Source: Chiloscyllium plagiosum (taxonomy: Eukaryota). From it: a stretch of DNA of 64,000 nucleotides. Under the pieces are notes generated by a model. That model worked only from the letters and a program-made list of their open reading frames with translations. It was not told the DNA's origin and searched no databases. Within the stretch, counting starts at the first letter, position 1, and the number at the start of each line of letters is the position of its first letter. Position numbers and translations under genes: made by a program. The stretch covers positions 77,474,341 through 77,538,340 of the forward strand of contig NC_057711.1 of the NCBI RefSeq assembly GCF_004010195.1, given 5' to 3'. This document shows, in pieces, positions 26,301 to 38,280 of this stretch.

Positions 26301-26440
26301 CTTGGATGAGCATGTAAATTCTCATAACATTCAAAGCTATGGGCCTAATGTGGGAAAGTGGGACTAGTATCAGTGGTAGTGTATATTTGGTTGTACAGAT
26401 TTGATGGGCTGAAGGCCCTCTTCTGTACTGCATGATTCTA
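23310..26440 (+). mobile_element. Cluster of CR1 3' fragments (about 23310-23880, 24400-25540, 25560-26125, 26220-26440); a minus-strand CR1 tail is nested at about 24730-24960; 23880-24400 is unique sequence
   Basis: ORF 24892-25149 RQHLEYCLQFWSPCGRKDILALKAIQRRFTRL and repeated CR1 3'UTR motifs. Confidence 0.8.
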
Positions 26441-26970
26441 CTTTCTATTTTCCTCGGTTTTGTTATTTTGCTTATACTCACTTTGGATATTCCCTCTCCA
26501 AGATTCAATATCAGTTCCTTTGGAATATTATGTTTATTGATTTATTCAGATGTAAATACTGATGAAAAATAATTATTCAACATGTCTGACATTTCTTTAT
26601 TTTCACTGATCGTATCACAATGAGCAGTTTGCAAGTGACCCACATTACACCTGACCGTCTAATTTGCTATTATACTGGTTAAAATTTGGTTTGATTTTGA
26701 TGTCTTTCAAGTTTCTTTTTATAATTACTTACTGTAACTTTTACTGTTTGTTCCATCAGCTTTCAGTTTTTTTAATGTTGTTCTCACTCTTGAGTAACTG
26801 CAGGCTTATTTGTATTTTTGAATGTTTTTTTCTTTTAGTTTCATTTTACTTTTACCTTTTAATCCTCTAAGTCTGTGTGTCTTTTTGGGAAGGAAAGCTC
26901 TTGCAACTATGGCATATAATTCCATTCTGAATTCTATTTGTAAAGTAATCACGTCACATTGACCTTGACA

Positions 26971-27094
26971 TGAAGAAGGGCCTGTGCCCGAAACGTCGAA
27001 TCTCCTGTTCCCTGGATGCTGCCTGACCTGCTGTGCTGTTCCAGCAATAAAGTTTCAACTTTGATCTCCAGCATCTGCAGACCTCACTTTCTCC
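26971..27094 (+). mobile_element. Short PLE family A copy starting inside the hammerhead core
   Basis: tgaagaagggcctgtgcccgaaacgtcgaat..ctgcagacctcactttctcc. Confidence 0.9.
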
Positions 27095-27835
27095 ATGTTA
27101 AACCATTAGCCTATTTACACACAAAAGTGTCCATCTCCAAACTATTGAAATCCCTAGAACTGCCACATTACACTTTCCCTCTTCCTCCTCCTCAACTATA
27201 TTCCCTTGCGCTACACCTTCAACCCTCTGACCATCAACTGCTTGACCTGTTCTTCACCCCAACCTTATTCAAACCCTACCATTTAGGATATAGTCCGGCT
27301 CATTATTATTAAACTGTTGATTTTATGGCAGTCTCCTTCCTCATTTCCTTATCTTCACAGGTAGCTAGTACAGGGTAAGGTTGAATAGGATTAGTGTCTG
27401 CATATTCTCATTGACTATCTAACCTGGATTTCTCTTATTCTGTACACTATCAGGTTACTCACAAGCAAAAATACAGATAAAGGGGCACAACCTGAAATTT
27501 TAACACCGATCCCCTCTTCAGAAAAACTGCTAAATCAGCTTGAGTATTTGTAGCATTTCTGATCTTATTTCAGGACATCACTTTGTAGAAAAAAAAGCAG
27601 ACAATTCTTTAAAGGGCAACTTTAAATGTTGAAGATCATGATGCCATGTTGTCTTTATTTAAAGCATACAGAAACTGAGTATGCAGGCACATAAAGTAAT
27701 TAGGAAGGTAAATAGTTTGTTAGTTTTAATATAAGGGGGCTGGAATACAAGATGATTGCAGTCTTACTATATTTATTTGGGTCTTTGATGCGACCATTCC
27801 TGAAATACTGAGCACAATTTTAGTCTTCTGACCTC

Positions 27836-28170
27836 CAATGGGTAGCTCAGCAGTTAGCACTGCTGCCTTACAGCACCAGGGACCTGGGTTTTGATTCCAG
27901 CCTTGGGCGAGTGTCTGTGTGGACTTTACACATTCTCTCCATGTCTGTATGAATTTCATCTGGAAGCTCTGGTTTCCTTTTACAGTCCAAAGATGTGCTG
28001 GTTAGATGGATTGACCTTGCCAAATTGCCCATAGCATCCAAGGATGTCCAGGCTAGGTGGATTGGTCATGGCAAGTGCAGGAGTACAGGGATAGGGTGCG
28101 ATGCTCTTTGGAGGGTCAGTGTGGACTTGATGGGCTGAATGGCCTGCTTCCACACGGGTAGGGATTCTTC
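27836..28170 (+). mobile_element. V-SINE (HE1-like), near full length, nested in an old CR1
   Basis: tRNA-like head tagctcagcagttagcactgctgcc..gattccag, V-domain and CR1-like tail. Confidence 0.87.
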
Positions 28171-28249
28171 GATCTTAGGTAGGATATACTTGCCTTGGAT
28201 ACAGGGCAACAAAGGTTCACTAGATCAGGATGAGATGATTTTCAAAAAA

Positions 28250-28612
28250 TTACTCATAGGGTGTGGTTATTGGTAGCTTGCCCAGTATTTATTCCCAATA
28301 CTTAATTGCGTGTGAAAAACTGTTAGTGAGGCTTCTTCTTGAACTGTTCTCATCCTTATTCGAGGGATTATTCGGGATTCCTTATTTAGGATTTCTGCCC
28401 AGTGACTGTGAAGAACAAACAATATTGTTCTAAGTCATAATGGTGTGTGCTTTGAGGGGAACCTGCAGATGGTGGTACTCCTATGTATTTTTTTTTCTTA
28501 TCTTGCTGGATGGCAGAGGTCATGAGTTTAAACAGTGCTGTCAACATTGCTACATCTTGAAGATGGTACACATTGCTACCACCATGTGTTGGCAGAGAAG
28601 GGTGTAAGTGTT
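28250..28612 (-). mobile_element. LINE family B 3' fragment
   Basis: Reverse complement resembles 11270-11600. Confidence 0.7.
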
Positions 28613-28614
28613 TA

Positions 28615-28975
28615 ACATAAGAACATAGGAACAGGATTTGGTCATTCAGCCAATCAACCCTCCCCCGCCATTCTAGATCATCGCTTCATGCAATTTTCCT
28701 GCACTATTTCTGTTTCCCTTAATGTCAGTAGTCTCCCAAACCTATCGATTTCTGTCTTGAACCTGTTCAATGATTGAGGCTGCATGACTCTTTAAGGTAT
28801 AAAACTCCAAAGATTTATATCTGAGTGAAGAAATTCCTCCTTATTTCAATTTTAAAAGGCCTACCTCTTATCCTGAGATGATTTCCCTGGTTCTAGACTC
28901 ACCAGCCAGGGGATACATCTTCATCCATCTTTTCATGCCCTGTAAGATTAGTATGAGTTTCAATAAAATCTCTAC
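28615..28975 (-). mobile_element. CR1 3' fragment
   Basis: aacataagaacataggaacagg tail followed by CR1 3' motifs. Confidence 0.75.
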
Positions 28976-29849
28976 CTCAGAAGTAACCCCTGCAACCAGG
29001 ATTCAGCAAGCACATTGGATGGGCTGTCCATGAGCAATTCATCAGATTCACAATATGTCATATTCAAACTTCTGCCTGAGACCATCATAACGTCTTATTG
29101 GTCAAAATTATGAAATATAACAGAAAAGCACCAACCCATAACATCCTAATCCAACAGCATCTCCAATACTAAATACAAAACTTAACTATTTACACTTGGG
29201 CTTTCGCTTGGTGTTGGTGCTTGTTCTAGTGCTATACTTACTGTAAAAGATTTTTGTATCTCTTCATTCATTTAACTAGATGTCAAAACATACTGCAGCC
29301 AGTACTGTGCTCCTTGAAGGAAGATGACACTGTAAGAAGACCATGTAATATTCACTTCCTATAAAAAGGAAAAAGGGGTTGATTTTACATCTGTGTATTA
29401 AGTTAAAACTCTTTTGTTCACATACTATTTATTTTTCTTGGTAAACTAAAAGAGGATTTCATTAGCAATACATTAAGGATAATTTACATTCTCATCTAAA
29501 AAAATTCCTAAAATACCATTATGCAAATGTAAATTAGATACTGAAGCTTTTTTTAAGTTGGTATGAAGGGTGACAAAATTCGATCCTGTACTACCCACAG
29601 TTTCGGCACTATAGATACTCTTTTGGTGCCACTATGATGCTCACATTGTGTTCTCAGAGCTCTTATCAGATTTTGGTGAGAGAATCAGCATAATTGTTAG
29701 GAGTGTACAGCGGAGTATGTGAATCTGAGCATGATGAGACTGATGTGTCTGCAGGACTGCTGTTTACAACACCACTGGTCCAGTTAACACACTGTTTTAA
29801 ACGTGTGTAGTTGGAGTGCATTTAACAACAGGAAGAACATGTGAAGTGC

Positions 29850-30800
29850 CGACATGTGTTCCAGGACTGGCTGCATCCCCAGCAAAGCACCCTAGCACTA
29901 TTAATCCTGCATATGAATTAGTCAACCTTTGTGCGCTGAAAGTTTTGCATTCGTAGGTTTTGTCATGACTTCTCTATCTATGGGTACATGTCTTTTTAGA
30001 ATGAGAAGGGTTGTTTATTGGTACATACCCTGAATCAATTTTAGCCAATAATGAACAAATAACAGTTTTCTGAGGGCAGGTGATTTGAATCTTTGCAAAC
30101 ACTTTAGACTGTGCGGTGACACTGATAGTGTGAAAGGTGACTTTCACCACTCTTTGGTCATGAACACTATCAGATCCAGGTTTGTTGATCAGGTCTGTGG
30201 ATGGCTCTGGTGGGATCCCAGATGCTTGTTATTGCAGCTTGAAAATATTCCTTGTGAACCGTCTGTTTAAGTCTATGATGACTCCTTGTCATCATAACTA
30301 CATCAGTTTTTACTCTACTGTACTGCCTCTGCCAATGGCCTTTTCTGCTGCATGATTTGCAAAGTTGATTGAAAGATGGGGATTTCATTGTTTCCTGCAG
30401 AAAGTCACACCTCACACATGTTTTGCTATATTTGGGTATTCTTGTGATTGCATCAACTGTCAACCTTGTTCTGCAGACCTGTAAACTATGTTTAGCAGTA
30501 ACGATTCCTTCATTCTCATGTCAATCTTTCCAAATCTCCTTGGCACTATAACTCATTAGCGTGTCCAAATCTTTCTGGAAACCATCCAAAGGGCTGGATG
30601 CAATCACCAACTCACCAATTCTGTTTGCCAGCTCCCCATCTGGTAAATCACATAGTGAGCTGCTTTTCTCTGCATCTGTTCATGAACAGGTCTCATTATT
30701 GACTGCGGGCTTGGTCTCATTATCTAAGGAAGGGTGTGAATGCTTTGGAGACAATTCAGTGAAGGTTTCCAACATTGATATCTGGAATGAACGGATTGTC
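29850..30800 (-). pseudogene. Gypsy-type LTR retrotransposon gag-protease fossil
   Basis: Order on the minus strand: FMNRCREK..CDLPDGELANRIGELVIASSPLDGFQKDL (gag), CKSCSRKGHW (zinc-knuckle-like), LLAKIDSG (aspartic protease D-S/T-G), KPTNAKLSAHKG; stops and frameshifts present. Confidence 0.75.
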
Positions 30801-31210
30801 TTGTGAAAGAAAGTTAAACAGACTGTTTCCATTCGAGTTTAGAAGAATAAGTGATGTCTTGATTGACGTGTAGAAGATCTCGAACAGTTTTTACAAGGGA
30901 AACAGGGAAAGAGTATTTCCTTGTAATGTAATTGAAGATGAGTCCAGAATTAGGTGGCCCATTTAAAATGTATGGATTACCCTATTAAAACATTGATGAA
31001 GCAAAGTTTTTTTTTCTCTCACAAGGTTGTATGACTTTGGAACTTCCAAAAGGCAGTAAAGGTAAAAAGATTCTTGTTAGGCAAGGGAAGCAATGGTTAA
31101 CAGCAGTTGATAAGAATGTGAAATTCAAAACTCAAACAGATTAGGCATGACCTTATTGAATGGGGGAGCAGGTTCAAGCAGCTGAATGTTTCATCTCTGC
31201 TCCTGGTTCA
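30801..31210 (+). mobile_element. Decayed CR1 3' fragment
   Basis: gagtttagaagaataagtg..attgaatgggggagcagg CR1 3' motifs. Confidence 0.7.
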
Positions 31211-31350
31211 TGAGCTCAGTGTTGATGATAATGGTCTAATAATCATTTGCTTATCAGGAATTATTTGAGAATGTGTTTGTTTATTTAGAACAGTGAAATG
31301 CATCAAGTCACAAAGTCACAAAACTGACTGGTTTCTGTGTGTGTAGCTTG

Positions 31351-31475
31351 GCTAAAGTGAGGACTGCAGATGCTGGAGAGTCAGAGTCGAGAGTGTGGTG
31401 CTGGAAAAGCACAGCAGGTCAGGCAGCATCCAAGGAGCAGGAGAGTCAACGTTTTGGGTTTACGCTTTTCGATTC
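31351..31475 (-). mobile_element. Short PLE family A copy
   Basis: 13-bp TSD tgtgtgtagcttg at 31338-31350 and 31476-31488; homology stops in hammerhead stem II. Confidence 0.88.
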
Positions 31476-31532
31476 TGTGTGTAGCTTGCAAACGTTTACT
31501 GATCACTTGTCACAAAAAAATGCAACATTGTA

Positions 31533-31985
31533 CATAGAGTCATAGAGACATAGAGATGTACAACATGGAAACAGACCCTTCGGTCCAACCCGTACATGCC
31601 AACCAGCTATCCCAACCCAATCTAGTCCCACCTGCCAGCACCCGACCCATATTCCTCCAAACCCTTCCTATTCATATACCCATCCAAATGCCTCTTAAAT
31701 GTTGCAATTGTACTAGCCTCCACCACTTCCTCTGGCAGCTCATTCCATACATATACCACTCTCTGTGTGAATAAGTTGCCCCATAGGTCTCTTTTATATC
31801 CTTCCCCTCTCACCCTAAACCTATGCCCTCTAGTTCAGGACTCCCCTACCCCAGGGAAAAGACTTTGCCTATTTACTCTATTCATGCCCCTCATAATTTT
31901 GTAAACCTCTATAAGGTCATCCCTCAGCCTCCGATGCTCCAGGGAAAACAGCCCTAGCCTGTTAAACCTCTCTCTATAGCTCATA
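31533..31985 (-). mobile_element. Young CR1 (HER1-like) 3' end
   Basis: Very similar to 42730-43176; RGEGYKRDLWGNLFTQRVVYVWNELPEEVVEA. Confidence 0.93.
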
Positions 31986-32649
31986 TGCACCACAGAGTCC
32001 TTGAAGGTGAAATTTTGTAAAACAAGGTACAGCATACACCAATGATCACCTTAGCGAACACAATTAAAAATAAAGAACTCCATCCCATGAATGATATTTA
32101 AAGAAATTGTGAATGACTTACCAATCAATATCTGATTGGTTTTATTTTTATAGTTGCAGTTGTAGAAATGTCTTGAGTTCTCCAAATTAGGGTTGGTACT
32201 AACAACAGGAAAGTTCTATGAGTTGGAGGCTCTCGTTCTGGCTTCAAGAATTCTGATCAGACCACCTGCTGAAAATCATATTTACAGCAGTTATCATCTT
32301 TCTTGGCCTGTATCTTGAAAAGGAAACTGAGAAAAGGCAAAACAAAAGATGGCAATTTGCTTGTGGACGGCAGAAGATGGGGAGTAAGGCTTTCAGCAGG
32401 ATGCCTTCAATATCGAAGTCTCCCTGGCTGATTTCAATTACTTTTACTCAATGCAGAACGGTGTATATATTTTCTCCATCTTCTAAATGAGGGATCACTA
32501 AAATGTGCCAACTCTTGTAAATTGCCTTGCAGTTGCAGAGCATGGTGAGGACAGAATTGTCAGTAGCTTTGAGCCTGATTGTAACAATGAACATCTTTAT
32601 GTCTAGCTCCTTCCAGATTGGAATGGACAGTACCTCTAATATAATTGTT

Positions 32650-33440
32650 ATAGAGTCATAGAGTCATACAACATGGAAACAGACCCTTCAGTCTAACTAG
32701 TCCATGCTGAACGTAATCCCAAACTAAACTAGCTCCACCTGCCTGCTCCTGACCTACATCCCTCTAAACCTTTCCTATTTGGTGTCTTTTAAATGTTGTA
32801 ACCGTGCCCACATCCACCACTTTGTCATGAAGTTCATTCCTCACTTGATCCACTTTCTGTAAAAAAAGGCGCCTCTCTTGTCTTTTTAAAGTCTCCCTCC
32901 TCTCACCTTAAAAATGTGCCCCCGGTCTTGAACTCCCCCATCCTAGCAAAAAGATATCTACCATTAACCCTATCTACACCCTTACTAATTTTCTGGAGAG
33001 ATTATAAAAATCTTGCCGGAGCTTGAGAATTGCAGGTATGAGGAAAGGTTGGATTGGCTAGGGTCATTTTTCTTGGAACAGAAGAGGTTGAGAGGTGTCT
33101 TAATTAAGATATACAAAATAATGAGGGCTTAGATGGAGTGGACAGTGAAGAACCGTCTCTCCTGTTGTAGAAGATTACTAGGGGGCACAAGCTTAACGCC
33201 ATTGGTAGGAGGGGGTAGAAGTGACATGAGGCAAAAGAATTTCACTCGAGAATGGAGGGTGTCTAGAATTCACTACCTAACTTAGCGGTTGAGACAGAAA
33301 CCTTTGACTCATTTAAAAGGAACCTGGATCTGTACCTGAAGAGCTGTAACCTGTAGGTCTACCAGCTAGATGCTGGTAAATTGGATTGGAATGGGCGCTA
33401 ATCTATCCAGTTGCCTCGGCAGGCAAAATGCTTAAATGTT
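32650..33440. mobile_element. Two adjacent CR1 3' fragments (minus about 32650-32990; plus about 32991-33440)
   Basis: atagagtcatagagtcatac tail on the left; ttcttggaacagaagaggttgagaggtg on the right. Confidence 0.8.
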
Positions 33441-33846
33441 GAAATTATCTACAATCCTGACTGCAATCATGTTGCCTTTTTTCTGCACCAAGGATCTTCA
33501 AAATTTGAGTCACTGTTTCAAAATAGAGTGTATAGAAGGGAAACAAGTGCTATCAACTGAAGACCTGGATCTTAGTCTAACAAATACATATAGAGAATGC
33601 CATAGATTCAAACAGTCTGAGCTCCTCCTGTAGCACTCAGTTGTTGGGTGACTTCTGGCTGTGCCACAATGGAATCTGAGATACTGGCCATCAGACATGA
33701 TCATTGGGTTTGCCAGTATTTCTGTAGAATTGGTGACCATTCTCACATGGGAAAGACTGGGCAGTAAGTTCCACAAGAAACCCCATACCAAGATCTTTTC
33801 ATTTATTCAGGGATCCAGGTGTGGTTGTCTGGGCTGGTATTTATTG

Positions 33847-34009
33847 AAACTTTATTGCTGGAACAGCACAGCAGGTCAGGCAGCATCCAGGGAACAGGAG
33901 ATTCGACGCTTCGGGCACAGGCCCTTCTTCAGGAATTCCTGACCTGCTGTGCTGTTCCAGCAATGAAGTTTCAACTTTGATCTCCAGCATCTGCAGACCT
34001 CACTTTCTC
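33847..34009. mobile_element. PLE family A fold-back copy inserted in a minus-strand SINE (about 33795-34220)
   Basis: TSD ctggtatttattg at 33834-33846 and 34010-34022; the reverse arm ends at the 5' side of hammerhead stem I (cttcaggaat). Confidence 0.9.
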
Positions 34010-34332
34010 CTGGTATTTATTGTCCATCCCCAGTTGCTCAGAGAGAAGCTAAGAGTTAATCACATTGCTATGGGTCAAGAGTCTATATACTATAGACACA
34101 TGCAGGTAAGGATGACAGATTCCCTTCCCTAAACAGCATTAGTGGAGCAGATGGTATTTTTAACGCTAACCAATAATGTTTATACAGTCGCCATTAGACT
34201 AGCTTTTCAGTCCAGAAATTGATACCAGGCTCCTCCTTGTTCCTCAGCTGTGAAAGCAGGCCTTCTGACAGGTCTGCCAATGCACCCAGCATTTCCATCA
34301 GCAAATTTCTATTCACCACCCTCATCATATTT

Positions 34333-34683
34333 CATAGTGTGGAAGCAGGCCATTTGGTCCATCGAGTCCACACCAACCCTCCAAACAGCATTCCATCAAG
34401 ACTACACCAACCCTCCAAACCACCCCTCTACCCTATTCCAGCATTTCCCATGACTAATCCTTTAGCCTGCACATTCCTGGACACTATGGGCAATTTAGCA
34501 TGGCCAATCCACCTAACCTGCACATCTTTGAACTGTGGGGGTTAACCGGAGCACCTGAAGGAAACCCATGCAGATGCGAGGAGAATGTGCAAACTCCACG
34601 CAGACTTTTGCCCCAAGTATGGAATAGAGCCCAGGTTTCCGGCGCTGTGAGGCAGCAGTGCTAACCACTGAACCATCATGCCA
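34333..34683 (-). mobile_element. V-SINE (HE1-like), full length
   Basis: ggcagcagtgctaaccactg head and ccggagcacc..gaaacccatgcaga V-domain in reverse orientation. Confidence 0.88.
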
Positions 34684-34814
34684 CACAATACTTATTTGTG
34701 TCCTTTTCGACACAACACATGTGCAAACTTGTCCTCTGTGAAGCTGGCACCTGCAGTAACCTTTCCTCCTACCTTTACTGCAGCCCAGTTGTGCCTAGTG
34801 ATACGTTACACTCT

Positions 34815-35237
34815 GGTTTTCTTCCTGTCAGAAGGATGTTGTGAAACTTGACAGGGTTCAGAAAAGATCTACAATGATGGTGCCAGGATTGGAGGATTTG
34901 AGTTGAAGGGAGAGGCTGAATAGGCTGAGGGGTGACCTTATAGTGGTTTATAAAATCATGAGAGGAATGGATAGGATAAATAGACAAGGGGAATAGTTTG
35001 GCTTTTGCCCGAAACGTCGATTTTCCTGCTCCTTGGATGCTGCCTGACCTGCTGTGCTTTTCCAGCACAACTCTAATCTTGACTCTAATCTCCAGCATCT
35101 GCAGTACACACTTGCGCCTTAGGCAGATATGGGCCAAGTGCTGGCAAGTGGGAATATGTTCATGGGATATCTGTTTGGCATGGACGAGTTGGACCAAAGG
35201 GTCTATTTCCATTCTGTACCTCTCTATGACTCTGTGA
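34815..35237 (+). mobile_element. Internally deleted CR1 3' end with a PLE family A insert (about 35000-35115)
   Basis: CR1 sequence on both sides; the insert starts ggcttttgcccgaaacgtcg. Confidence 0.85.
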
Positions 35238-35534
35238 CATGTAGATCCAGTTCCATACTGTCCTCAGTACTTAATGGGCTCTATCTGAGCTGATGGTAGC
35301 AAATGTAAATTTGAGTGACAGTCTTGATCATTACTGGTGTCTCCTTTCTCTTGGGCTCAGTGTCTAGAAGCATTATGTAACCAGCTAGCAGTTTTTTAAT
35401 ATTGAGCAGGAGAGAGCGACAAGGGTAGTGTTCCAGTGATAGATGTAGGGAATGCTTAAACCATCCATGCTCATAAATCAGAAGAAATTGTCCGATCAAG
35501 AGAAAGTAGGAAGTATGAAGATAGATTAGGTTGA

Positions 35535-35810
35535 AATCTAAAGTAGACAAGAAGGAGGCTGCAAAAACACAGCAAGCCAGGCAGCATCAGGAGGTGCAGA
35601 AGTCGATGTTTCAGGTGTAATCCTTCTTCAGGACTGGGGATGGGTGTAAGGGGAGCTGCAGATAAAGGGGGTGGCGGGACAGGGTGGTAAAGTGGGGATA
35701 AGTGAAGACAGGTAGAGGGTACGATTTGGTTGGTCAATGGGAGGAATGAGTCCAATTGGTGGCAGAGAGGAGTGGAAGGGAGGGTGAGAGGCTGGGGAAG
35801 GAGTTGGTGG
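35535..35810 (-). mobile_element. PLE family A-related pseudo-LTR fragment
   Basis: Similar to 62230-62525 in reverse; contains a hammerhead motif. Confidence 0.8.
35601..35635 (-). ncRNA. Minimal type-I hammerhead ribozyme motif (family A variant)
   Basis: Minus strand AGUC-CUGAAGA-AGG(AUUACA)CCU-GAAAC-AUC-GACU: 4-bp stem I and core boxes intact, stem III palindrome broken (ACAU). Confidence 0.6.
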
Positions 35811-36329
35811 TGTACAGGCAGGTCTTGCATTTTTTCTGGTTGCAGGGTAAGGTACCTGGGGTTCAGGGGGGTGGGGGGATTGATGGATAGAGTGGCGCAA
35901 ACCTAACCTAGGTTGAATTCTCGGCCATCTCAGCTTCAGTCCTTGTTCCTCTCCAATGATGACTAGCATCTTCCCTTGCATGAGGAACAAGGCACAAGCC
36001 ATTAATATGGATGATACTTTAGATTAAATGTTTAATTATAACATGCAAACAGACAGCAAAAGCCATTTCAGCTACAGAATGTGTTATCTTACGAAAATGT
36101 ATTATCTCATCAATTTACAAAAAATTTGCACCCTATTCATTAGCTTTCAAAAAAGTAGACTGCCCGGAGGATTTTGTTTTCATGTACTACCAGGCAAAAT
36201 CTTTCTATCCCTCGTCACAATTCCATCCCATTCCACCCCCAATCCTGCACCTGGAGTTTAGCCTTTGTAACGTAAGGAGGGCTATTCTGCTTGGGAGAGA
36301 GGGAGAATTTCATGACTTCAAACAAGGGA

Positions 36330-36830
36330 CATTAGATCAAGTTTTTTTTCTTTTCAGATAATCCTGCCTTTGATGTCACCAAACTGAAGCCTCTCTGAAA
36401 AGAAAGGGAAAGCTGTGAAAGGGGCCCAGTTAATTTATACGTTTAAGTGTTGCTGTTCTAATTCGCCAATGTAGCATTTTTATTGTCTTCTGCTTTGCAT
36501 TGCAAAGGCTGGCTTACATCAGGCAATTATCAATGGCCGCCTGAGCAAATAATTGAAATGCACAAGTTGCGGGGTTTGGTTAAACAATGTCAGGAATGGA
36601 GGTGCGAGGTCATACATATTCCTAATTGCATTATCAATAGTTGGTGATCTTCCCTGTTGACCTGCTATGGGAGTATTTATTTTGCATTTATTTCAGAGCA
36701 GCTAATCAGGTAAACTGCATGGGTACAAGGCACGCATTCACAGGCATTATCTTACACAAAACTCCTACCGAGCAAATAAACATCCTTATACAGCTCAGTT
36801 GAATTCTTTTTATACCAGACACATCTGTAA
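36330..36830. promoter_or_regulatory. Candidate conserved non-coding element or enhancer
   Basis: TE-free and motif-dense: CCTTTGATG (TCF/LEF, 36367), AACAATG (SOX, 36583), several TAATT, AGGTCA/TGACCT; conservation not tested. Confidence 0.4.
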
Positions 36831-37324
36831 AGGATAATGTAGCTGCAGACTCTGCATTGTTAGTCTCTCTGGAAAAGGTTAGTAGAAAATAAGGATTTAA
36901 TCTTCTGGAAAATCTTCAACAAATAGCTATAAGTGGAGTGGTTTTAGTATAACTTTTAGTTGTAATTAATGCCATCATATTGTATTATTTATTAAATTCT
37001 TTAATTATCTCAACGGCGGGTGAGAGCGGAAGCAGGCAGCCCGAGGTGGCCAGTGGCAAGAGTGGGAGTAGGCTACAAGGTGGTGAGAGCAAACAGCCCA
37101 AGGGAGCGGCAGCGATGGGGGCGACGTTGAGGCTGGAGTGACGGAGGTCGAGCACTTGTGAGGACTGCGAGCTGAGCTTGGCCCGGCACTTACGGACTGT
37201 GGTGTTGAACTGTTAACTGTGTTTCTTTGTTTTTCTACTCTTTAGTGAGAAAGACTATAATGTTTACATTTTTAAATTTGGTTTCCTTATTTTTTTGCTT
37301 TGTAACTAAGAAACCTCTAAACTT

Positions 37325-38280
37325 CTAACTAGACAGGGTAAATGCAGGAAGGATGTTCCCAATGACCGGGAAGCCCAGTGCAAGTGGTCGCATTTTAAGG
37401 ATTTGGGATAGGCCATTTAGAACTAAGAGAAAGAGAATATTTTTCACCCAGAGAGTGGCAAGCCTATGGAATTCTCTGACAAAGAAAGTAGTTGAGCCAA
37501 ATGAATGTTTTCAAAAAGGAGCTAGATATAGCTCATAAGGCTGAAGGGATCAAAGGATTTGAGGAGAGAATGAGAATTGGATACTGAGTTGAATGATCAG
37601 TCATGATCATATTGAATGGTGGAGCAGGCTCAAAAGGCTAAATGGAACAATCCTGTTCCTATTCCTAATAGATAGTGAACTTTATAACTTATATATACAA
37701 TACGTTGGCTGTTAGTGAAATTAACAAAGTATTTGACATGTCATAAAATGTTTCAATATACAAGCATGCAAATTAGGAACTGATGTAGACCATTCCGTCC
37801 TTTGAGACTGCTCTGCCATTCAATAAGATCGTGGTTGATTTGAATATACACCAAATTGCACATCACTATTGACCCCAATAACCTTTGACTCCTTTCCCTC
37901 ACATGATTCTATCTACTTCCACCTTAAAAACCATTAATGACCCTCTTCCCACTGCCTTTAGGGCAGTGAGTTCCAGAGCCATGAGAGAAACAGTTTCCTC
38001 TCCTTTGTGTCCTAAATGAAGATCCCTAATTTTAAAACAGTGTCAGCTAGTTCTGGACTCACCACAACAGCACGAGAGTAACACCCTTTCCATCCCATCA
38101 ACTTCAACCAAAACACCCTTACTCTTCTAAACTTTCATGAAAGCAAGTCTAATCTGTTCAATCATTCACCATAAGACACCCCACTTATTCCACATAGCAA
38201 TCTAGTAAACCTTCTCTAACATCCAACATATTTCTGTCCTTTTTCAAATAAGGAGACTAAATCTACACACAGTATCTAGA
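37325..38280. mobile_element. Two CR1 3' fragments (plus about 37325-37665; minus about 37760-38280)
   Basis: ORF 37353-37538 FFTQRVASLWNSL; reverse CR1 tail from about 37760. Confidence 0.8.
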
